DNA of 63,446 bases, counting the filler. It is 5 parts of 5 records of this genome, joined end to end, with 100 filler letters (N's around TTAATTAATTAA, not from the genome) between each part and the next. Parts side by side here need not be neighbours in the genome. Positions count along the whole stretch, not along the records: positions 17,625 to 39,631 come from SRR20825019_2592; positions 39,732 to 56,566 come from SRR20825019_2594; 3 more parts are not named here. One strand, written 5' to 3'. Under the pieces are notes generated by a model. It did no database searches. It worked only from the letters and a program-made list of their open reading frames with translations, and was not told where the DNA came from. This document shows positions 37,085 through 46,225 of this stretch, piece after piece. The position numbers were made by a program, and so were the translations under genes. The number at the start of each line of letters is the position of its first letter. Positions within the stretch are counted from its first letter, which is position 1.

Positions 37085-38459
37085 TGATTTTTTTTACTAC
37101 GTGCGATTCTAACGTAAAAGTAGCAGTTTTAGTTTGAATGAGATCTCCCTCAGTTGCCTGATTTGTTTCACTTAGCGTTCTTCCATTCATCGTTGTGATC
37201 GTATATCCTCGCTTTAATACGTTTATCGGATCAGTTAACCGAACAATTTGGGTTAACTGATCAAGAAGCGATTTTTCCTTGAGAAAAACGGTTTTAGTGA
37301 AATGTGGAATCCTAGAAGTAAGGTGTTGGACTTCCACCGAACGGTTTTTTAATGCGTTTATTGACCCTGTTTTCAATTGCTGATTGAATTGAGTTAATTT
37401 GTTTTTAGATTGAACAAGTTGCGTATTTGCTCCCGTTTGTATGGCCTTCGAAAGGCTACTCAGCTGAAAACGCTCACTCGAAATGTATTGTTTTGTCCCA
37501 TGCTTGAATCCCGCAGTATTCATCTCCAACGAAGATTTTGTCAATGCCAGAATTCTCAGTGCACTTGTCGTTAAGCGATCTCCCGCTCTCTCAACGGGTT
37601 GCGCAAAATTATGGAATCCTTGAATTAAGAAATCGGCAAGTTCCGTTGGTGTGATCGCATTTCTAAAAGCGACCATTTCCGCAACTGTTAGATTTGTGGA
37701 GTGACCAATTCCTGTTAAAACCGGAAGAGGAAATTGTGTGATCGCTTTGCAGAGTTCATAATTGTTGTAGCAGGAAAGTCCAACTTCACCGCCGCCACCG
37801 CGCACAATCACTACAAGGTCAAAATGTTCTTTTACACGCTCAATACGTTGAAGTTGAGAAATAATGGAATTTGAAGCTAAATCTCCTTGCAAGTAGGATT
37901 GAAAAAGCATCGTGAAGAACGTGTATCCCCATTCATTTCTATCCAAGATTTGCATGAAATCCGACAATCCTTTACTCGATTCCGCTGAAATCACAGCAAC
38001 TCTTTTTGGGAGCAGAGGAAAAGAAAGTCGCTGATTGAGATTCAATAACCCTTCTTTCTGCAATCGTTTTAGGGTTTCCTGTCGTTCTCGCTGAAGTTCT
38101 CCAAGCGCATAATTCGGATCAATGTCCAAAATTTGCAGACTCAAACCGTATGTTTCATGGAAAGTGACTTTCACATTCATCAGTAGTGTGGTGTCTTCTT
38201 TCAACGGTTCTTTCACCACTTGCACAAACCGTTGATTGATTCGCTCGTAATTATGTTTCCAAATACTCCCTGAAATTTGCGCAACGATTTTACCGTCTTC
38301 TTTTTGCAATAATTCCGGAAAACAATGTCCGCTCGGAAAGCGATTAAGTTTGTGCATTTCTGCTTTTACCCAGTACGTCTGATGGTAACGATCTTCGATG
38401 GTTTTCCGAATGGAATTGACCACTTGTTTAAGCGTAAATATTTTGGGAGCATCCGCCAT
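37077..38459 (-). CDS. xseA: Exodeoxyribonuclease VII large subunit
   Basis: OB-fold WVKAE..SGHC, RVAVIS, IVRGGG, PVLTGIGH, TPTELA and P.NVLKRGY motifs. Confidence 0.93.
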   Translation of the reverse strand: MADAPKIFTLKQVVNSIRKTIEDRYHQTYWVKAEMHKLNRFPSGHCFPELLQKEDGKIVAQISGSIWKHNYERINQRFVQVVKEPLKEDTTLLMNVKVTFHETYGLSLQILDIDPNYALGELQRERQETLKRLQKEGLLNLNQRLSFPLLPKRVAVISAESSKGLSDFMQILDRNEWGYTFFTMLFQSYLQGDLASNSIISQLQRIERVKEHFDLVVIVRGGGGEVGLSCYNNYELCKAITQFPLPVLTGIGHSTNLTVAEMVAFRNAITPTELADFLIQGFHNFAQPVERAGDRLTTSALRILALTKSSLEMNTAGFKHGTKQYISSERFQLSSLSKAIQTGANTQLVQSKNKLTQFNQQLKTGSINALKNRSVEVQHLTSRIPHFTKTVFLKEKSLLDQLTQIVRLTDPINVLKRGYTITTMNGRTLSETNQATEGDLIQTKTATFTLESHVVKKINE

Positions 38460-38530
38460 GAAGGATGAAGTTAGGAAATCTTTAACTATTTCCAGTTAAA
38501 TCCTAAATTTGCACTTCCAAAACATTCAAA

Positions 38531-39631
38531 ATGGCAAACATTCATAATTACGACTTCAACGGTAAAAGAGCATTAATTCGTGTAGACTTTAACGTTCCTC
38601 TCGATAAAGAGACCATGGAAATTACGGACGATACGCGCATTCGTGCTGCTGCGCCAACGATTAAACACATTTTAAAAAATGGTGGAAGCGTTGTGATTAT
38701 GTCTCATTTAGGACGTCCGAATGAAGGTTATGACAATCGTTTTTCGTTGGAACATCTTCAAAATCACATAGCAGAAGTAATGGAAGCTCCTGTGAAGTTT
38801 GCTGGAGATTGCATCGGTGAAAAAGCGCTTGAAATGAGCGCTAATTTGCAACCAGGAGAAATTATGTTGTTGGATAATGTTCGTTTTTACAAGCATGAAA
38901 CAACGGGAACAGAAAATTTTGCTGAGCAATTATCGAAACACGGTGACGTATATGTAAACGACGCTTTTGGAACGGCCCATCGTGCGCATGCAAGCACAAC
39001 TATTGTAGCGAAGTTCTTCCCGAATGATAAAATGTTCGGATTCTTAATTGAAGCCGAAATCAACAGCGTAGATAAAGTATTGAATAGCCAAGAAAAACCC
39101 GTTACTGCCATTGTTGGTGGAGCGAAAGTTTCTTCCAAAATCATCATTATTGAGCGTTTACTGGATCGCGTTGACAACTTGATCATCGGTGGCGGAATGG
39201 CGTACACCTTTGTTAAGGCAACAGGTGGAAAAGTGGGTAACTCTTTGGTGGAAGATGATTTCTTGGATGTCGCTTTGAAGATTATCGCTGCTGCTAAAGA
39301 AAAAAATGTGCGTTTGCTCATTCCTTCGGATACAATTGTTGCAGATCAGTTCAGCAATGAAGCAAACAGACAAGAAGTGAACATTAACGAAATTCCAGAC
39401 GGTTGGATGGGATTGGATGTTGGTCAACAAACGATAAAAGACTGCGAAGAAATTATTAAATCTTCCAAAGTGATTTTGTGGAATGGGCCGATGGGAGTGT
39501 TTGAAATGGATAATTTCCAAGCAGGAACACGTGCTGTCGCTGACGCTATTGTGGATGCAACGAATAATGGAGCATTTTCTTTAATCGGTGGCGGAGATTC
39601 TGTCGCTGCAATCAATAAATACAACCTTGGA
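38531..39631 (+). CDS. pgk: Phosphoglycerate kinase (3' truncated)
   Basis: IRVDFNVP, SHLGRP, YVNDAFGTAHRAHAS, GGAKVSSK, WNGPMGVFE and GGGDS; TAAATTTG promoter motif at 38504-38511. Confidence 0.98.
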
Positions 39632-39731
39632 NNNNNNNNNNNNNNNNNNNNNNNNNNNNNNNNNNNNNNNNNNNNTTAATTAATTAANNNNNNNNNNNNN
39701 NNNNNNNNNNNNNNNNNNNNNNNNNNNNNNN
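39632..39731. other. Artificial contig spacer
   Basis: Same 100-nt linker. Confidence 0.99.
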
Positions 39732-40500
39732 CCGCCATCGACCAGATCGTTTCCGTCACCGCCATCGAGGGTGTCGTCTCCCGCGCCACCAAGCACGGTG
39801 TCATTACCCGCACCGCCATCGGCAAGGTCATTACCATCGCCGCCATCGACCGTGTCCTGGCCCGCGCCTCCGTCGAGCACGTCGTCGTCCGCGCCGCCGT
39901 CGAGGCTGTCGTTGCCGTCGCCGCCATTGAGCGTATCCTGGCCTTCATTGCCGAGAACGGTATCGTCGCCCGCGCCGCCGTCCAGACTGTCGTTGCCGTC
40001 CCCGCCATCGACCAGATCGTTTCCGTCGCCGCCGTCGAGTGTGTCGTCACCGGCCCCGCCGAGAACAGTATCGTCGCCGGAGCCGCCATCCGCGCTGTCA
40101 TTGCCCGCACCGCCGAGCACGGTGTCGTCACCGCTGCCGCCGTCGAGCGAGTCATCGCCATCGCCACCAACGACAAGATCATTGTCCGCGCCGCCATCAA
40201 GGGTGTCGTCGCCCGCGCCGCCGCTGACAGTATCCGCACCGTCGCCGCCTTCGAGCACATCCTCGCCGTCGCCACCATCGATCGTGTCGCTGCCGGCATC
40301 GGCGTCGATGCTGTCATTGCCAACGCCGCCGTCGAGGCTGTCGTTACCGAGGCCGCCAAGCAGCGTATCGTTGCCGCCCTCGCCATCCATGGTGTCGTTT
40401 CCGTCACCGCCGATCAGGAAATCGTCGCCGTCACCGCCGGAAATATCGTCGCTGCCGGCGCCGCCGTTAATGGTGTCGTCGTCGGCTGTCCCGGAAAGGG
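39732..40500 (-). repeat. 27-nt-period tandem RTX coding repeats
   Basis: CCGCCATCGACCAGATCGTTTCCGTC recurs at 39732 and 40002, 270 nt (10 nonapeptides) apart; the contig breaks inside the array. Confidence 0.85.
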
Positions 40501-43108
40501 TGTCGTCGAGGGATTCCGTGCTGAACTTCAGCTCGGTATCGTCGCCGTTCTGGGTAACGATGGCAGCGGCGAATTCACCGTTCACGGTGAAGGTCACATC
40601 CGGTGTGCCGTCGCCATTGGTATCGATCTGGACTGTGGTTTGGCCGTTTTCGGGCGTGAGGGAGACATTGCCCTCGGAGAACTGCGTATCGTCAAAACGC
40701 AGAACGTCCTGATCGTCATAGTCGGCGATCAGATCGCCGTTGAAAGAGTCGGGCGTGCCCGAGAAAGTGTCCGCGCCGGAACCGCCGACCAGTGTATCGC
40801 TGCCTGCGCCGCCCTCGAGCAAGTCATCGCCGGAGCCGCCAACAAGGCTGTCGTCACCGTCGCCACCAAGCAATACGTCATTGCCGCCTGCGCCCGACAA
40901 TGTGTCGTCACCGGCGCCGCCCTCGAACCGGTCCGCATAGGCGCTGCCATTGACCTGATCGTCACCAGCACCCGCATTGAAACCGAGACCGATGAAATCC
41001 GCATCGATGACATCGTTGCCACTGGTGATGGAACCGAACACATCCATCAGCTGGTCGTCGGTGATGGTCACGCCATCGTCGGTAAACTCGAATCCTTCGA
41101 CGCGGCGGAAATCCTCCGTCCAGCGCTGGATCTGAACGAGATCGTCGTAATCGTCCAGGCTGGCCGCACCGGGCTGCCAGACAGAGACATTCAGCGTCGA
41201 GCCATCGAGCGAGAAGGTGGTGTTCTGAAGGATATCGTCGCCGACGAGCTGCAGGCTGTCGGCCGTGCCGCCGTCTTTATCGATAGGCGAGTAAACCGCA
41301 CCGAGAGGGGACTGACCGGTGAAGACATATTCGTCGAGAATCGTGTCGCGGCCTTCGCCGGCCCGGTAGACGTAGCTGTCATTTCCGCCGCCGCCGCGCA
41401 ATTCATCGTCGCCCGCGCCACCCGACAGGGTGTCGTTCGCGGCGGCTTCGTTGATCGTGCCGCGTTGGCCGGCGCTGCCGCGGATTGTATCGTTACCGTC
41501 ATTGCCCATAAGGACATCTTCGCCGGCGCCGCCATCGATAAAGTCGTCTCCGGCACCGCCGCTGATCGTGTCCTTGCCGGAGCCGCCATAGATCGCGTCC
41601 GCGCCGTCTCCGCCATCGCCCAGATTACTGCCGTTGCCGAGGCGAATGGTATCGTCGCCATCACCACCGGAAAGCGTATCGTTACCACCGGCCGCCGAGA
41701 GGGAATCATTCCCGCCGGCGCCGTCCATTCTGGTGTTGTCGGTACCGCTCCAGGTCAGCGCGTCACCTCCGGCACTGCCGGAAATGTTTTGCAGGATGTC
41801 GGTGACATCCATCTGGCTGCCGTCGGAGAATTCGAAAGTCTCGACCCGGTTCAGCGAGTCACGCCAGTCGATGATGGTGATCTGGTCGTCAAGATCGAGA
41901 ATATCCGAGTCGCCATCCCGGATGGCGACGATCAGATCGTCACCGACCAGATCGATCCAGATGTCGCTTGCGGTAATGCCGTCCTCGAAGGAGAGAACAT
42001 CGTTGCCGGCAAACTCGTCCCGGGTAAAGAGGACAACCTGCCCGCCCGGTGCCATCTGCGTGTGGATATATTCGTCGTGGATCTGGTCCTGACCGTCCCC
42101 CACGCCGTATCGGTAGACATCGTCACCGCCGCCGCCGCGCAGGGTATCCGCCCCGGCGCCGCCGCTCAGCGTGTCGTTTCCGGCTTCCTCGTTGACGTTG
42201 CCGCGTTCGCCGCCCGAGCCGCGCAGAAGGTCGTCACCGTCGCCGCCCTCGAGGCTGTCATCGCCGTCGCCACCGTCGAGCGTATCGTTGCCTACACCGC
42301 CATCGATGGTGTCGTCGCCATCTTCGCCAAAGAGGTGGTCGCCCCCCTCGTCGCCGAAAACGCCATCATTGCCCGCACCGGCATTCACGGTATCGGCACC
42401 GGTGCCGCCATCGATTGAATCAGCTCCGGCGCCCGAGCTAACCAGGTCGTCACCGTCTCCGGACGAGACCGTGATTTCCTCGCTGCTGCTCCAGTCGATT
42501 GTGTCGGCACCGTTGGAGCCGGAGATGTTTTCCAGGATGTCGGCCGACGTCCAGATCGTTCCGTCGTCGAATTCGAACTGTTCAATCCGGGTATCCGTAT
42601 TTTCCCAGCCCTGGATCACCACCAGATCATCGGAATCATACAGGTCCACACCGGGCTGCCGGATGGCGACATAAAGATCGCCGCCGCTGACCGTGATCCA
42701 GAGATCGTCGGCGGAGAGCCCCGAGCCGAAGCGCAGCGTATCGAAGCCGCCATTAACCTGCTGAACCGGTTGCAGGCCGCCAAGCGGGTTCTTCGGGTAG
42801 ATGTGATATTCGTCGAGGATTTCGTCCCGGCCGCCGCCGATCCGGAATTCGTAGGTGTCGTTACCGCCGCCAGCGCGCAGGGTATCGTTACCCGCGCCGC
42901 CATCCAGGGTATCGTCATAGGCCAGCTCGTTGACCGAGGTTTCAGCGCCCGCGCTGCCAAGCAGCAGGTCATCGCCAAGTCCGCCTACGAGCGAATCTGC
43001 TCCGGCGCCGCCGTCAATCGTATCCGCCCCGGCGCCACCGTTGATCGTGTCGGCGTTGCCGGTACCGATTAACGAGTCATTCCCGTTCGTTCCGTTCAAC
43101 TCGGCCAT
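39732..43108 (-). CDS. RTX / hemolysin-type calcium-binding repeat protein (probable T1SS-secreted surface protein), 3' truncated
   Basis: Dozens of GGxGxDxL nonapeptides, three HCBP-related modules ([31 protein letters not shown]) and no Sec signal peptide. Confidence 0.93.
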
Positions 43109-43492
43109 TTAACGTCTCACGAGGCACAGATATTGTGTACCGGTTATGCCAAGCCGCAATTTATTGCATGGAAAGATGAAGAAATTACGAACGGCGTCGT
43201 ACCAAAGGGTGCATTTTGCATACATCTTTATGTCTCATTCTGCGACAATAAGTACTTGTATCACAACATACTAAGGATACATCGGAAACTATGATAAAAA
43301 ACTGCATAAAAAGCCATGTAATTCTTTTCGATATATCGAATCAGAGGTTCGCTTGATGCGGCAGGCAGCATTTGGGATAACATCCCCGCGCCGTGATCTA
43401 AAACCGGGCGCAGCCGACCGATCCTGCCTGTATGCCGCGTTCTTTATCCGGCTGGAATGGGCGTAATCTGCAGAGCCGGAGCTCGAGACAGC

Positions 43493-44077
43493 ATGAACCT
43501 GACTGCCTTTTTCGAAAGCGAGCTGAGTGAGCATCTGAAAGTTGCCGAGGCTGTACGGACAAGCCTTGCGGAACCGTTTGTGTCTCTGACTGAAAGATGT
43601 GTGTCTTCGCTTCGGGGGGGCGGCAAGATCCTGTTCTTCGGAAATGGCGGCAGCGCATCCGATGCCCAGCACCTTGCCACTGAACTCACCGTTCGATACA
43701 TCAAGGATCGTCCGGCCATCGCGGCAATTGCATTAACCACCGACGGCTCAGCACTAACCGCCGGGGGCAACGATCTCGGGTTCGACAAGGTGTTCTCCCG
43801 GCAGATTGAGGCGCTGGGTAAGCCGGGCGACGTTGCCATTGGTATTTCAACCTCTGGCCGCTCGCCGAATATCATCGCCGGCCTCAAGATGGCGCGGGAA
43901 AAGGGGCTTGTCGCAGCCGGGCTTACGGGACGTACCGGTGGGGACATGGTCGGCCTCGCGGATCCACTGATCATAGTGCCGCATGATGCGGCGGCGAGAA
44001 TTCAGGAAATGCACATCACCATCGGTCAGGCTCTTTGTGGTGCCATCGAGATCGAGTTGGGGCTCGTGGAGGCGTAA
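43493..44077 (+). CDS. gmhA: D-sedoheptulose-7-phosphate isomerase
   Basis: GNGGSASDAQH, GNDLGF..VFSRQ, ISTSGRSPN and RIQEMH. Start moved to 43493. Confidence 0.95.
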   Translation: MNLTAFFESELSEHLKVAEAVRTSLAEPFVSLTERCVSSLRGGGKILFFGNGGSASDAQHLATELTVRYIKDRPAIAAIALTTDGSALTAGGNDLGFDKVFSRQIEALGKPGDVAIGISTSGRSPNIIAGLKMAREKGLVAAGLTGRTGGDMVGLADPLIIVPHDAAARIQEMHITIGQALCGAIEIELGLVEA

Positions 44078-45552
44078 TGACGCACGATTCCGACCTCTCC
44101 GCCAAAGTCGAGTCCCTCGCCGGGGTTCGCCTGCTCTGTGTTGGCGATGCCATGCTCGACCGGTTCGTCTACGGGACGGTCGACCGGATTTCGCCGGAGG
44201 CGCCGGTCCCGGTTTTGCGGATCGAGCGCGAGGCGGCGATGCTTGGCGGTGCCGGGAATGTGGTTCGCAACCTGGTCGCCCTTGGTGCGGAAGCCTGCTT
44301 CATTACCGTCATAGGACGGGATGCGGCTGGGCGGGAGCTGACCGGTCTGGTGGCTGAGGAACCAGGCGTTGAGAGTCATCTGCTGACGGTTCCGGAGCGT
44401 GAGACGACGATCAAGACCCGGTATGTTGCCGGTGCGCAGCAGTTATTGCGCGCGGATCAGGAAAATGTGCACGCAATCGATGCCGGCCTTGAGGAAGATC
44501 TGATTTCCCGGGCCGTCGCCGATCTCGAAGAATCCTCCGCGCTGGTATTGTCGGATTACGGCAAGGGGCTGTTGACGGATTCCATTCTGGGCGCACTGAT
44601 TTCGGCGGCGCGGGACAAGGGCCGTCCGATCATTGTCGACCCGAAGGGCACCGACTACACACGCTATCGAGGGGCGACGGCAATCACACCGAACAGGCGT
44701 GAGTTGTCCGAGGCGAGCGGTATGCCGGTTACTTCCACCGATGAAATTGTGGCTGCTGCCCGGCACATTATCGAGGTATCGGGGATCGGGGCCGTGCTCG
44801 TCACCCGGAGCCAGGATGGCATGACCTATGTCTCCGGCAACCCGGATGAGGCGCCGCTGCATTTCGATGCGATGGCGCGGGAAGTCTTCGATGTTTCCGG
44901 TGCCGGCGATACGGTCGTGGCGGTTCTGGCCGCTTCCCTGGGCCGCGGACTTCCTGTCTCCGAAGGGATTGAGCTGGCGAATGCGGCTGCGGGAATTGTG
45001 GTCGGCAAGATGGGCACAGCGGTGGCCTACGCCTCAGAACTCGCAGCGGCCTTCAGGGCCCACGATCTGTTGCAGGGCGAGGTCAAGGTCGCGTCGCCCG
45101 ACATGATCGCCAAGCGGGCGGAAGAGTGGCGCAAGCAGGGCCTCAAGGTTGGCTTCACGAATGGCTGCTTCGACTTGCTGCATCCGGGGCACGTTTCCCT
45201 GATGCGCCAGGCCAAGGCCGCCTGCGACCGGCTGATCGTTGGTCTGAACAGCGATGCCTCGGTGTCGCGTTTGAAAGGGCCGACCCGGCCTGTACAATCG
45301 GAAGCCGCGCGCGCGTCGGTATTGGCGTCTCTCGCATCGGTGGATGGAATTGCGATCTTCGGCGAGGATACGCCACAGGAGCTGATCGAGATGATCCGCC
45401 CCGACGTGCTGGTGAAAGGTGCCGATTATACGGTTGAAACCGTGGTTGGTGCCGAATTCGTGCAATCCTATGGCGGCAAAGTGGTGCTCGCCGGGCTTGA
45501 GGATGGCCACAGCACGACGGCGACCATCGCCCGGATGAACGCGGGCCGGTAA
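44077..45552 (+). CDS. hldE: Bifunctional heptose-7-phosphate kinase / heptose-1-phosphate adenylyltransferase
   Basis: RISPEAPVPV, SDYGKG, DPKG, DVSGAGDT, FTNGCFDLLHPGH, GLNSDASV and VKGADY; TAATG coupling to gmhA. Confidence 0.96.
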   Translation: MTHDSDLSAKVESLAGVRLLCVGDAMLDRFVYGTVDRISPEAPVPVLRIEREAAMLGGAGNVVRNLVALGAEACFITVIGRDAAGRELTGLVAEEPGVESHLLTVPERETTIKTRYVAGAQQLLRADQENVHAIDAGLEEDLISRAVADLEESSALVLSDYGKGLLTDSILGALISAARDKGRPIIVDPKGTDYTRYRGATAITPNRRELSEASGMPVTSTDEIVAAARHIIEVSGIGAVLVTRSQDGMTYVSGNPDEAPLHFDAMAREVFDVSGAGDTVVAVLAASLGRGLPVSEGIELANAAAGIVVGKMGTAVAYASELAAAFRAHDLLQGEVKVASPDMIAKRAEEWRKQGLKVGFTNGCFDLLHPGHVSLMRQAKAACDRLIVGLNSDASVSRLKGPTRPVQSEAARASVLASLASVDGIAIFGEDTPQELIEMIRPDVLVKGADYTVETVVGAEFVQSYGGKVVLAGLEDGHSTTATIARMNAGR

Positions 45553-45570
45553 CTGATTTTATCCCGATTG

Positions 45571-45599
45571 GCCCCGTTGCGCTTCGGGCGCATCGGGGC
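45571..45599 (+). terminator. Hairpin downstream of hldE
   Basis: GCCCCG-T-TGCGC-TTCGG-GCGCA-T-CGGGGC; no U-tract. Confidence 0.4.
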
Positions 45600-45682
45600 A
45601 AGAATGCTGGATCTGCTTGTGCTCCCCGGTTCCGCCCGGAACCTTTTTGGGGAGGCTGAAAAAAATCAAAGGGAGATCCTGG

Positions 45683-46225
45683 ATGGCCTACGGTCTGAAC
45701 GAATTTTGTCGCGAAAGCCATGACGCCCTGGCCCGTGACAACAGCCCCGCGGGCCGGGAAGTGGTTCGCAAGAACCTTGAAAAGCTGCTCACGAACAAGG
45801 AATTCGTCGAGGAAGTTTGCGGCAAGGATGCGCCGGTCGGCGTGACCGAGCTGTATCGTGACGATGAGCTTGAGTTTGTCGTGCTTGCTCATGTGAACGA
45901 CAAGCCGCACGCCTCGCCGCCGCACGACCATGGCACTTCCTGGGCGATCTACGGACAGGCCAAGGAATATACCGACATGAGCGAGTTCAGCCGTCCTGGC
46001 GGCGGGGACAGCGATGGAGACGTAAAGATCGAGCATGTGAAGACCTACCGGCTCGAGCCCGGTCAGGCCGGTCTGTACGATATACGGGCCATCCACGCGA
46101 TCGATTATCCGGCCCAGGCCTGCTTCGTGCGGGTGACCGGGCGGCCGCTGGAGAACGAGCCGCGCCTGCGTTACGACATGGATGCAGGCAAGGCCATCTT
46201 CATCGCGAACCGCTCCGCGAGCTGA
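45683..46225 (+). CDS. Cupin-fold metalloprotein, thiol (cysteine/3-mercaptopropionate) dioxygenase-like
   Basis: SPPHDHGTSWAIYG and downstream IHAI give a 3-His site; GGGAG RBS before ATG 45683. Confidence 0.65.
   Translation: MAYGLNEFCRESHDALARDNSPAGREVVRKNLEKLLTNKEFVEEVCGKDAPVGVTELYRDDELEFVVLAHVNDKPHASPPHDHGTSWAIYGQAKEYTDMSEFSRPGGGDSDGDVKIEHVKTYRLEPGQAGLYDIRAIHAIDYPAQACFVRVTGRPLENEPRLRYDMDAGKAIFIANRSAS

Noticed and set aside
17625-39631. AT-rich block as a horizontally acquired island
   Set aside because: It is bounded by spacers and full of Bacteroidota core genes (trpS, pgk, recO); it is a different organism's contig.
39732-40500. Periodic repeats as a CRISPR array
   Set aside because: 27-nt in-frame coding periodicity, degenerate at third positions, with no unique spacers and no cas genes.
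39676-42674. Ser/Pro-rich and Ala/Thr-rich ORFs overlapping the RTX gene
   Set aside because: Frame-shifted and antisense readings of GGxGxD repeats, not mucin-like genes.
43385-43440. SAM-II-like riboswitch (GCGCCGTGAT...)
   Set aside because: Lacks the 3' GCTAAA pseudoknot strand, and the downstream gene is unrelated to SAM metabolism.
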